The position numbers and the translations under genes were made by a program. The notes under the pieces were generated by a model. It had not been told where the DNA came from. It searched no databases and saw only the letters and a program-made list of their open reading frames with translations. A DNA stretch of 64,000 bases from positions 192,001 to 256,000 of the IMG/VR virus record IMGVR_UViG_3300021400_001148; one strand, written 5' to 3'. The stretch comes from a virus (taxonomy: Duplodnaviria; Caudoviricetes). This document shows positions 47,753 to 56,572 of this stretch, piece by piece (the stretch's first letter is position 1; every line of letters starts with the position of its first letter).

Positions 47753-48694
47753 ATGAGACTTGAACTTGAACATTTTGACTCCCTTATCTTCCTAGTCAGC
47801 CATTTCAATAGCTACAAACGTTGCCGTGACTTCATTACCAAGCAGCGTTGGGGTAAGGTGGTTGTCTGCCCGCACTGCGGCTCCGTGCATGTTTACACAT
47901 GTAGCAACGGTGATAATCAGTTCAAGTGTGCCGATTGTCACAAGCGATTCTCCTGTCTTGTAGGCACCATCTTCGAAAATACCAAACTGCCCTTGCAGAA
48001 ATGGTTTATGGCTATGTATCTTATCAGTAGCCATAAGAAGGGGATTTCCTCCCATCAGCTTGGACGTGACATCCACGTCACGCAGAAGACTGCATGGTAT
48101 ATTCTCCATAAAGTTCGTACTCTGTTTGCACAGTACGATACTACCGTCCTTTACGGTGAGGTGGAAATGGACGAAATGTACCTTGGTGGACGTGAAACCA
48201 ATAAGCACGAATCCAAGAAAACAGAAGGAACGCAGGGACGTTCCACCAAGACTAAGACTCCCATCTTCGGTATGGTGGCAAGAGAAGGCGAAGCCCGTGC
48301 TCTTGTCGTAAAGGACACCAAGGCTGCTACGCTTTTGCCCATCATCAAACAGTTCGTTGCTGACAATGCTCATATCTTTACGGACGAGCTCAGTTCGTAT
48401 GCAGGTTTGTCTGGTGAAGGATACAAGCACGGCATCATCCACCACGGCGAAAAGGAATATTCTAAGGACGGTATCACCACCAACTCCATCGAAGGTTTTT
48501 GGGCTCATTTCAAGCGCACGGTGTTTGGTATCTATCACTTCGTGAGCAAGGAATACCTTCAGCAGTATATCAACGAATCCGTGTACCGTTACAATACAAG
48601 AAAAGCGAACGAATCCGTCCGCTTTGCCGATATGTTATCCAAGTGTATTGGAGTATGCTCCTATGAAGACGTTAAGTCGCTGAAGGTGGCTTAA
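47753..48694 (+). CDS. IS1595-family DDE transposase
   Basis: CPHC…CADC; EMDEMYLGG, FTDE, TTNSIEGFW..KR…GIYH. Confidence 0.93.
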   Translation: MRLELEHFDSLIFLVSHFNSYKRCRDFITKQRWGKVVVCPHCGSVHVYTCSNGDNQFKCADCHKRFSCLVGTIFENTKLPLQKWFMAMYLISSHKKGISSHQLGRDIHVTQKTAWYILHKVRTLFAQYDTTVLYGEVEMDEMYLGGRETNKHESKKTEGTQGRSTKTKTPIFGMVAREGEARALVVKDTKAATLLPIIKQFVADNAHIFTDELSSYAGLSGEGYKHGIIHHGEKEYSKDGITTNSIEGFWAHFKRTVFGIYHFVSKEYLQQYINESVYRYNTRKANESVRFADMLSKCIGVCSYEDVKSLKVA

Positions 48695-49005
48695 TCACTA
48701 AGCGTGCTTGCTTCTTGTCTAACTCTATCTGCCCATTGCTTTGCTTTGATAAACCAATTGTCCTCACTATTCGTTCCGTTCATGGCGAGCGAGGATAATT
48801 TCCTTGCAGCCTTTTCTATTATTCGGAGTAACAACAAAGAATCATCACACTCATCAATGAGGGACATTATTTGTCTCTCATATGCAAAGAATTCCGCATT
48901 CCCATTTTCTGTATTAGGATACCCCTCATTCAGCGTCTTTTTTATTGCCCCCGCAATAACCTTGCGGAGTTGTTGTTCATTGAGCTTTATTGTATTCTTC
49001 TTCAT
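48691..49005 (-). CDS. Passenger gene with leader motif, function unknown
   Basis: MKKNTIKLNEQQLRKVIAGAIKKTLNE; TATTTATA at 49235-49242 on the minus strand, inside the element. Confidence 0.75.
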   Translation of the reverse strand: MKKNTIKLNEQQLRKVIAGAIKKTLNEGYPNTENGNAEFFAYERQIMSLIDECDDSLLLLRIIEKAARKLSSLAMNGTNSEDNWFIKAKQWADRVRQEASTLSD

Positions 49006-49053
49006 ATTCTTGTTTGATTTTGATTCGTTAGTTTTATTCTGTATATTTGCATC

Positions 49054-49235
49054 CGAAGGTGTATTAGCGTCAAGTGAAGCAGTATCCATAGGAAGGCGTG
49101 TATTTCCAAAGGATGAACTACCGTCTGTACTGTCAGGGACTTTGATAGCGCTAATTACCTTATGGGTGAATCCGTTTAATCACCAAACAAAAGAACTCCG
49201 TTCTCCCCGTAGTCCTTCGCTGCGGGGTTCTTTTT
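49054..49235 (+). ncRNA. Candidate structured small RNA inside IS element B
   Basis: TATATTTG at 49042-49049; long closing stem 49056-49074/49140-49161; GC hairpin plus T-tract at 49205-49235. Confidence 0.5.
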
Positions 49236-49296
49236 ATAAATATGCCTTATTCTCGAAAAGAGTCAAGAGATAGTGTAAACTAGTATATCGTTCCCT

Positions 49297-49680
49297 TTAT
49301 TTTATATATATAGCCAAATCACTGGCAATTGGCACCTTAAGTAGACCCTCCGGATAATCAACCCCATCCTCGGTCAACCCCCCGAGGAAATTTATGTTGA
49401 ACATACCAATGAACTTTCCCCTTTCGTTAGTGTCCCGTTTTTTCCAAGTATACTGTATAATATATTTCTCTTCACAGCCACCGTCCTCTACTTCAAGTAT
49501 TTCACACTTGGCGTTCGAAATTTTAAGGATGTCCGTGTCGGCGTTCCTCATTGAAAAAGTAACATCCGCGTTCTGTATTGCGTTGTAAAACTTATTGAAG
49601 GAATACCTCCCGTCGTTGATGAGTTCCATTCTTAGAACTGGAAGTACTGAGCCTTCGTTTATGAAAAATTCCTGTTCCAT
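49297..49680 (-). CDS. BppU-N-like structural protein
   Basis: F.I…LP.L…A.VTFSM…Y.W…DT…G.F.G.F.I.F…L.VP pattern. Confidence 0.6.
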   Translation of the reverse strand: MEQEFFINEGSVLPVLRMELINDGRYSFNKFYNAIQNADVTFSMRNADTDILKISNAKCEILEVEDGGCEEKYIIQYTWKKRDTNERGKFIGMFNINFLGGLTEDGVDYPEGLLKVPIASDLAIYIK

Positions 49681-49824
49681 TACGGTTTCTTTTTATTTAT
49701 AAATATTCTTGCTGAGGAAAAGAAAAGTTGGTATGTTTACCACCATTTTGATATTTATAGTAGAAGCAAGTTAATGTTGGCCAACTGCGACTAGCGGAAC
49801 AATAACTGCTTAAAAGAAGAATGA

Positions 49825-50565
49825 ATGTCAAAAAAAAGAAAGGTGCAATCGGGCTACACTGAGAGCGAAGAGATTGCACGCAAGCCGCTTGACTTTAAGG
49901 TTAAAATTAAATGTAAAAGCGAAAAACAAAAGGAGTTCTTGGAAACCCTTGGAGATGAGAGAAAAGAGATTGTTTTTGGTTACGGCAGTGCTGGTGTTGG
50001 GAAAACCTTCATTGCTTTGGCTGAAGCCCTTACAGAGTTGAAAAACGGCAAGAGGGAAAAGATAATCTTTATAACACCAACGGCGGAGGCCGGGTCTAAG
50101 GCTACTATGCTTGGCCTACTCCCCGGGGCTGTATCTGACAAGATTTATCCATACATAGAGAACCTTAAGGAAACTGTTAAGAAGATTCTTAAATTTTCAG
50201 GAAACTATGATTATGAAGAACTCACAACCAATCTTTTTAAAGAAAATTTAATAGAGGTGCGGCTCATGAACTATGCACGCGGCACCACATACGATAATGC
50301 AATTGTGGTTATTGACGAGGGAGAAAATTTTAATCGTGGGGAGTTTCTCCTCCTTCTTACAAGGATGGGTGAAAACACTCGATACTTTGTTTTGGGAAGT
50401 GAGCAGCAATGTGACCGTCTTGACATTAGGCGTGAAGGTGGTTCAGGAATGATGTATGCCCAGAAACGCCTCGAATGCTTGGATGAAGTCGGTGGTGTTG
50501 AATTCACGGATGGAGATGTGGTGAGAAATCCCTTGATTGGGAAGATATTAAAACTTTGGGACTAG
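49825..50565 (+). CDS. phoH: PhoH-family ATPase
   Basis: GSAGVGKT, LGLLPG, RGTTY, IDEGEN, LLTRMGE, DVVRNPLI. Confidence 0.9.
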   Translation: MSKKRKVQSGYTESEEIARKPLDFKVKIKCKSEKQKEFLETLGDERKEIVFGYGSAGVGKTFIALAEALTELKNGKREKIIFITPTAEAGSKATMLGLLPGAVSDKIYPYIENLKETVKKILKFSGNYDYEELTTNLFKENLIEVRLMNYARGTTYDNAIVVIDEGENFNRGEFLLLLTRMGENTRYFVLGSEQQCDRLDIRREGGSGMMYAQKRLECLDEVGGVEFTDGDVVRNPLIGKILKLWD

Positions 50566-50655
50566 TTTGAAGAAAGATTATAGAAGCAGGGCTCTCATAT
50601 GAGGGCCCTTTGTTATTTGACTAAATTCGGAAAATCCATATATTAAAGAAAAAAA

Positions 50656-51093
50656 ATGCAAAAGCGTCTTAACTTTGAACGACCACTAGAATGTGACTTT
50701 TTTTCTCCCAGACTCGGAACCGTCAACAAACAAAATCCTTCCGCTATATACCTTTCCGGAAAGTGCTATATTACACCATCTTTTAATGAGACGGATGAAA
50801 TTATTTACTCTTCAGCAATACAACCGCTAGAAAGAGACCTGCGAACAAAGATAGGTGAGTGCCTTGGAAAAATTGATGATTTCAAAAAACCATTTATTTT
50901 CAACTTCGAACTGTCAGAATCCGGTTTAAAATTTGGAAAGGAGAGTTATGTGTCTTTTCAAATATTCATCAAACAAAAGCCCGGTGATATAAGAGACCTC
51001 ATGAAAATCAAAAAAGAGAATGAGAAAGATTTTGTCGGCCTTTTTCAAAAAATGCACGATATATTTGAGGAAAATGGTTTCTCTGTTGTTTGA
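50656..51093 (+). CDS. Hypothetical protein
   Basis: 145 aa ORF with a TTGACT…TATATT-like promoter upstream. Confidence 0.7.
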   Translation: MQKRLNFERPLECDFFSPRLGTVNKQNPSAIYLSGKCYITPSFNETDEIIYSSAIQPLERDLRTKIGECLGKIDDFKKPFIFNFELSESGLKFGKESYVSFQIFIKQKPGDIRDLMKIKKENEKDFVGLFQKMHDIFEENGFSVV

Positions 51094-51117
51094 TATTTAT
51101 AGAGAAAGAGAAAATTT

Positions 51118-52563
51118 ATGAAAATACACACATTTCTCGATAAGTGTTGTACGATAGTTAAAGGGTCAAAAATTAATTTCGGCCTTAATCCTGTTGCAGA
51201 GATTAACATGGGGAGCCTGATAAGCCGGGCGTGCCTCCACTTCGATATCGACCATCTCAAAAATTTATATGAGGATAAGACCATTGCCAATCTAGAGAAA
51301 ACCAAGCATGTTTTAAAACTAACAAACTGTTCTTCTGTCAATATCAACGATGCCAGAAAGGTCCGCGCCGGTATAGTTAATGTTGACGAAAAGGAACGCG
51401 CTTCGTCTTTTGATGTTATTCTTTTCAAAATACCTAAAGATTTTGATGAGGGAAACGGTTTTAGTTTCAGGGATACATATTGGCTCTCCAGTAATGAGAA
51501 AAAATCCACTTCCGGGTGCAGTTGGTTTCAATGCAGAAACAATATACCATGGTTAGGGGAGGATGATATTTCTGGTGATACCCACTATTCAAACGGAATA
51601 TATGATGATGATTATCTTTATTCCGAGTATAAAAAATACATTGCCGGGGAGAAGTCTGAAATAATCGTTGCCAGCCAGCATTTTGACTACGGTGCTGAAA
51701 ATTTCAATCTTGACATTACTGACTATGTTAATGAAGTTATTACTGGAGAAACCATAGACCACGGACTCTGTCTCGCTTTTTCTCCGGATTATGAAACACA
51801 TCCGTACAAGGAACAAAAATATGTTGGTTTTTTCACTAACCACACCAATCTCTTCTTTGAACCTTATGTTGAGACAGATTATCAAGAATACATCAATGAT
51901 GACCGTGGAAAGTTTTACATCGGTAAGGAAAACCACCTGTATCTTTACTGTTCGATAGACGGTGAACTCAAAAACCTTGATTCACTCCCGGTCTGCACAA
52001 TAGACGGCATTGAGTATCCGGTACAGCAGGCGACAAAGGGCGTGTACTATGCAACCGTTAAAATAACCGACGCGGAACCAGAAACCATATTCTATGATAT
52101 TTGGAGTGATTTGTCTTTGAATGGCGAACCTATCGATGATGTAGAGATGGAATTTGTGGCATTACCCAAGTCTTCATATCTTAAAGTTGGGAAATTCATT
52201 GGGGAAAAATATGATGTTACCCCAACACTTTCAGGTATTAATGATAATGAGCCCGTTCGCATTGGCGATATACGAAGAGTTGATGTGGCTTTCAGAACGC
52301 CTTATACCATAAATTCATCGCAGATTTTCGACAAAGCAGAGTATCGAATTTATACAAAGGATGCCACGCGGGAAATCGATGTGTACGAGTATTCACCAGT
52401 CGAAACTGCATTTCTCAACAACTTTTTTGTTGTTGATTCAACAGAAATGGTGCCCGGGGATTACTTCGTGGATATTAAAATAAAAACCGGATTTGACACG
52501 AAGGTCTATAAGAATGTTCTTCGTTTTTCAATTGTGAGTAATGTCACTGAATTCTACAAATAA
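51118..52563 (+). CDS. Putative virion structural protein
   Basis: Late motif at 51094; beta-rich 481 aa ORF. Confidence 0.65.
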   Translation: MKIHTFLDKCCTIVKGSKINFGLNPVAEINMGSLISRACLHFDIDHLKNLYEDKTIANLEKTKHVLKLTNCSSVNINDARKVRAGIVNVDEKERASSFDVILFKIPKDFDEGNGFSFRDTYWLSSNEKKSTSGCSWFQCRNNIPWLGEDDISGDTHYSNGIYDDDYLYSEYKKYIAGEKSEIIVASQHFDYGAENFNLDITDYVNEVITGETIDHGLCLAFSPDYETHPYKEQKYVGFFTNHTNLFFEPYVETDYQEYINDDRGKFYIGKENHLYLYCSIDGELKNLDSLPVCTIDGIEYPVQQATKGVYYATVKITDAEPETIFYDIWSDLSLNGEPIDDVEMEFVALPKSSYLKVGKFIGEKYDVTPTLSGINDNEPVRIGDIRRVDVAFRTPYTINSSQIFDKAEYRIYTKDATREIDVYEYSPVETAFLNNFFVVDSTEMVPGDYFVDIKIKTGFDTKVYKNVLRFSIVSNVTEFYK

Positions 52564-52614
52564 GTGGTATCTGTACCATTTTTAAGAAATGTACCACCTT
52601 TTGGGTGGTACATT

Positions 52615-53571
52615 TTAGTTTATTCTTACTGTCTGGCTTAATATTGTGTTTAGGGGGTAGTCAGTAAGTCTTCTCACATCCTCACCAACAACAGGAGGTA
52701 ACTGTGCCCACCGGTGCTGGTGCGTGAGAAATGCTGTCTTGAATATATTCAAAAACTCCAAAAGAGTGTCACCATAAGGAACTTGATGAGCCTTTTTAAT
52801 AAAGCGGTCCATTTCTTCGTCAGAAATCAGTTTCTCGGGGTCATTGACTTTATATATGTCCCTCGAATCGGTACCAATAAGATTTATCTTATCCGCAACT
52901 ATATTTGCGACACTTTCATAACCGCGTTCCTCCTGTTCCTTCCTCGTTTCCATTTGTGTTTGAAAATCTTCTGAAACATCGGGGCCAATGTTTCTAAAAT
53001 GTTTAAGTTTGATGAAAGCGGGATGTTTTCCGTTAAACTCAAACTCTGAACTATCATTGGTTAGAACCGTTGTATTTTTGACACCGCAGCGTACATGAAT
53101 TTCATCTTCTTTCAAAATAATATCGCTATCTTTTCTACCGAGAACAGCAACATCTGTTTTGTCCGGTAATGTACCGGGTGTCTCTCTTTTATATTCGGGA
53201 TTTTCGTCTGCACCAATCAATGTACCGCTTAAAAGCCTCGTTGATGTAAAATAATCATTATTGTACATAAACTGTGGCTGCGCGATAATTGGTCCCAAAT
53301 AATAGCGTTGACTATGCGATTCATCCAGTGCTTGGTTTATGATAAAAACCCCTTCGCCCACCTTTGGTATGACATGAAAAAATTTGGGAAGAAATGGAAA
53401 AGCGTAATGTGTGACATTATTTCCACCAATGGCAACGGCTGTTTTGTCATTTTCCATTGCAGCGATTTTCTCCCCACTATCTTCGTATGCAATAGCAACT
53501 TTAATCCTGCCGGCACCAGTTTCATCTTTAGTGCTGACAACTCGTCCAAATCTTATTTCTGGTTTTTTCAT
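52615..53571 (-). CDS. Baseplate hub/spike protein with gp5-like OB-fold N-terminus
   Basis: G.V….D….GRIKV…P.LP….PKVGE.V; C-terminal H.H motif. Confidence 0.7.
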   Translation of the reverse strand: MKKPEIRFGRVVSTKDETGAGRIKVAIAYEDSGEKIAAMENDKTAVAIGGNNVTHYAFPFLPKFFHVIPKVGEGVFIINQALDESHSQRYYLGPIIAQPQFMYNNDYFTSTRLLSGTLIGADENPEYKRETPGTLPDKTDVAVLGRKDSDIILKEDEIHVRCGVKNTTVLTNDSSEFEFNGKHPAFIKLKHFRNIGPDVSEDFQTQMETRKEQEERGYESVANIVADKINLIGTDSRDIYKVNDPEKLISDEEMDRFIKKAHQVPYGDTLLEFLNIFKTAFLTHQHRWAQLPPVVGEDVRRLTDYPLNTILSQTVRIN

Positions 53572-53574
53572 GAT

Positions 53575-53887
53575 ATCTACCGCAAGGAAACCCACGGCTT
53601 TAGCCGTTGGGAGGAATTGCGGTTAACTCCTTTTTTTAGTTTATTATTATATTTATATTAACAAAGCTCTTTGATATTCGGTTCGGCGGGGCTGTCTGCC
53701 CGCCGGTAAAATCAAAACAGCATCCGCTCAAGGCACCACGCGCATCGCGTGGACAACAGTTTTTCAATGCGGAAGATTTACCACCCGCTCTCGGCTCCGC
53801 CTTGAGCGGCAGGGCGTTGTCAATCGCCCAATCGATGGGAGCCTCGGGCTTCCGTCAAGCCCACGAATTCATTCGTGGGTAATTGAC
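53575..53887 (+). mobile_element. Internally deleted IS200/IS605-family element
   Basis: End hairpins CCCACGGCTTTAGCCGTTGGG and CCCACGAATTCATTCGTGGGTAATTGAC; removal leaves a short intergenic gap. Confidence 0.75.
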
Positions 53888-53891
53888 AATA

Positions 53892-54221
53892 TTAAACTAC
53901 GATTCCAAAAAGTGTTACTATTCCAGCGGGCGTTGGTACTGCAATCTGTACCTGCCCGTTTTTCAAAAGTTCTTCATTTTTAGCATTGATTGAAGCCCAT
54001 GCAAAACTAAGAGTTAGATTGGGCGACCCGTCGAGGTTAGGCCCAATCGGAATGCCGGCAGCAGACAATTTTTCCGTTACTTTTTGCATTTCCCTAATAG
54101 CAGAAAGACCGGGCCTTGCTATGGCACCACACTGTAGTAAAATAGGCGGTATCATAGGGAATGCTATTTGTGACTGGGTAAAAAGCCCATTAATTCTTTG
54201 TAAAAGTGTATCTATTTTCAT
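53892..54221 (-). CDS. Hypothetical (tail/baseplate region)
   Basis: ORF in an operon with the gp5-like gene. Confidence 0.7.
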   Translation of the reverse strand: MKIDTLLQRINGLFTQSQIAFPMIPPILLQCGAIARPGLSAIREMQKVTEKLSAAGIPIGPNLDGSPNLTLSFAWASINAKNEELLKNGQVQIAVPTPAGIVTLFGIVV

Positions 54222-54224
54222 AAA

Positions 54225-55988
54225 CTAACAATCTGTTTCTCCCGGGGTATTTTTAGTTTCCAATATATCTGCATGTGTAACATTGTCAATATTACCAATC
54301 AAAGTAGTTGACGATGGTAAATTAAGGGATAAGGTACAATTTCCAACCAAAGCAAGAATAATATCTTTATATTTCTGTATTCTTTCGAGTAGTATCTGTG
54401 TTACATAATTAAGAATGAGGCTTTTGATTTTCTCATATGCAACCCCGAAAAGTTTTTCAATTAAGAAATCCATAACCTTCATTATAATAGTTCCAAGTAA
54501 CTTGTTGAAGGTGGAGAGAAAATCCAGTTTTGTTTCAGGAAACTTACCATTCGCAAAAGAGTAGTCAATCAAATAAATCAAAACAATTTTCGGTGTTATA
54601 ACAGATTCAACAATTTTTTTCACAAAAGCAGTGATTAAACTCATTGCTTTGTTTTTATAGTCGTCTGCACTCCAGTTACTGTAATTAGTTTCCAGAACTG
54701 CCTTTATGTTTTCATTGTCAGTAAAATTGTTTATAATCTCACCACCAGTCAACTGTTCTATTGACTCTTTGATAATGGTTTTCTGTTCTTGGAAAGTAGA
54801 TTCAGATGTAAGTCCACTGATGTTTGCCATTATACTGTCAATTTCATCATCAGACAGGACGCGCCCACTAATCGTATCGCCAGTTGATGTAATAATGCCT
54901 TTTCGCCTCAGTTCTGCGTCCCTGATGAGATTGTTGTATTCTTCATTGGAAAAAGAAAAATAACAATCCTCTATCTCAGTCTCATTTCCCTCAATAATTT
55001 TAGTGATAACCTCATTGACTGTAGTTTCCAGAATTGAATCGGATAATGAGATACTTCCGTTTACATTTGCGACAAGACTTATCGACCCATTTGCAATTAT
55101 ATCGAGAATTCCGGAAATAATTGGTTTTGGGTAAAGAAGGCGGATATTATCGAGGAAATCTTTGTTGAAATCGTATATAGTACTAAACTTTACAACATCA
55201 TTTTTTCTTTTCCGGTACCTCTCCGGGTCCAACAATATTGTAAAATTATTAGTGGCATCATCAAATTTAATTCTGAACAGTTTTGAAAATGTTTTTCCTA
55301 AAGCAGAAACATCATCACCTTCTATTACTATATCATTATAACTTTGGGAGGTACTTTCTATTACTTTATCTTTGAAATCACCGTTCCTGGTATCCCAAAT
55401 GGTTTTGCGGTTGCTTTTTTGCATTTTATCAGCATCAACCATGTTGATAATATACCATAGGAAAGTGTTGAGGTCACCACTTTTCCATACTTCACTCGGA
55501 CTGCAATCATTAGTAACATCACCATAAAAATGACTGCCGGCGGGGTCAGTTGGATTTGACTTTGAGAAAAGGTTAAAAATGTCAAGGATATCAATGTTTA
55601 TTTTGAAACCTTCACCAGTTACTTCTTTTCCAGAAATAATCCTCGTATCCAGAAAATTATCACCTATTATTGGGTTATTTGAGCAACTTACAAGCCCATC
55701 GAGTACACCTAAAATTGCAAGACGGATGGTCTTGTCCATAAAAAGAAGTGAGTCTTCGCCCACCGATTGTATCATATTCGTAAGTATGTTGAGGAGTTCA
55801 TCATAACTAACTCCAGCAATGTTCAACAAATTGATGGTAAGACCGAGTGCAGAAGAAATATTAAGTAGTTCAGCCGACCCCGTTCTGTTTATTTTAAAGA
55901 GGGTCGGCAGGTTATCAGCCAGCAATTGCGCAACCGCAATCGTTGACATTGTGTTTGTTAAACTACTATTTAGTCTTGGGTCAAGCAT
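54225..55988 (-). CDS. Hypothetical (tail/baseplate region)
   Basis: 587 aa ORF, coupled start/stop. Confidence 0.75.
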   Translation of the reverse strand: MLDPRLNSSLTNTMSTIAVAQLLADNLPTLFKINRTGSAELLNISSALGLTINLLNIAGVSYDELLNILTNMIQSVGEDSLLFMDKTIRLAILGVLDGLVSCSNNPIIGDNFLDTRIISGKEVTGEGFKINIDILDIFNLFSKSNPTDPAGSHFYGDVTNDCSPSEVWKSGDLNTFLWYIINMVDADKMQKSNRKTIWDTRNGDFKDKVIESTSQSYNDIVIEGDDVSALGKTFSKLFRIKFDDATNNFTILLDPERYRKRKNDVVKFSTIYDFNKDFLDNIRLLYPKPIISGILDIIANGSISLVANVNGSISLSDSILETTVNEVITKIIEGNETEIEDCYFSFSNEEYNNLIRDAELRRKGIITSTGDTISGRVLSDDEIDSIMANISGLTSESTFQEQKTIIKESIEQLTGGEIINNFTDNENIKAVLETNYSNWSADDYKNKAMSLITAFVKKIVESVITPKIVLIYLIDYSFANGKFPETKLDFLSTFNKLLGTIIMKVMDFLIEKLFGVAYEKIKSLILNYVTQILLERIQKYKDIILALVGNCTLSLNLPSSTTLIGNIDNVTHADILETKNTPGETDC

Positions 55989-56380
55989 TATTTTATAGTG
56001 TAAACTTCAGGTTTATCAGCCTCAGTAAGGCTTTTCTTAATTTTGTTAAAATCAAGTGTTGTTGGTTGTTTAGTAAATGCTTTGTCAGCAAGAGTTTCTT
56101 CTACACTACCATTATGAGAGATAATTTCAGAGAGAAGTTTTGCTATATCAACCTTTGTTTTGATTGACCTGTCCTTATCACCAAGAAAATCGTGCATGAT
56201 TTTACCGTATTTGGCTTTTTCATCCATTGAAAAATCTTGGCCCATTGTAGTGCTCTGGGAGATTTTGTTTATTTCTTCTTGAACCTGGTTCAGTTGTTCG
56301 CAGGCTTGAATATAAGTCTCTTGAAGTAATTCAGCGACAGTATCTTTTGAATTCAGTTTTATCTTAACTTTATTTGCCAT
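55988..56380 (-). CDS. Hypothetical coiled-coil protein
   Basis: Start reassigned to MANK, outside the miniature element. Confidence 0.7.
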   Translation of the reverse strand: MANKVKIKLNSKDTVAELLQETYIQACEQLNQVQEEINKISQSTTMGQDFSMDEKAKYGKIMHDFLGDKDRSIKTKVDIAKLLSEIISHNGSVEETLADKAFTKQPTTLDFNKIKKSLTEADKPEVYTIK

Positions 56381-56394
56381 AAATAACCTTTTTC

Positions 56395-56553
56395 TTGACA
56401 TACTCCCACGGATGAATCCGTGAGATTCTTGATTTTAAACGCACCCGCCGCTGACCACACGGTCATTGGTCTTACAAGCACTCACCAATTCGTCGATGTC
56501 CCGACGAAGTACGGGATTCATCCCACCACTAAAGTAGTGGGTTTTCTCCCGGA
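56395..56553 (-). mobile_element. Non-autonomous IS200/IS605 (TnpB-type) miniature element, copy 2
   Basis: LE hairpin CCCACTACTTTAGTGGTGGG; RE …CTCACGGATTCATCCGTGGGAGTATGTCAA; homologous to 25205-25371. Confidence 0.82.
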
Positions 56554-56572
56554 ATTATTATAAATATTCGTC

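Larger units (their letters stand above)
47629..49295 (+). mobile_element. IS1595-family element B (1667 bp) with passenger gene and candidate ncRNA
   Basis: TIRs GGGAACGATATACTA(c/g)TTTACAC (22/23); perfect 8-bp TSD TTTATTTT at 47621-47628 and 49296-49303. Confidence 0.93.

Noticed and set aside
49006-49089. N-terminal extension MDTAS…DANIQNK of the passenger gene
   Set aside because: It is the reverse complement of the TATATTTGCA promoter and candidate RNA; the leader-bearing Met at 49005 is the better start
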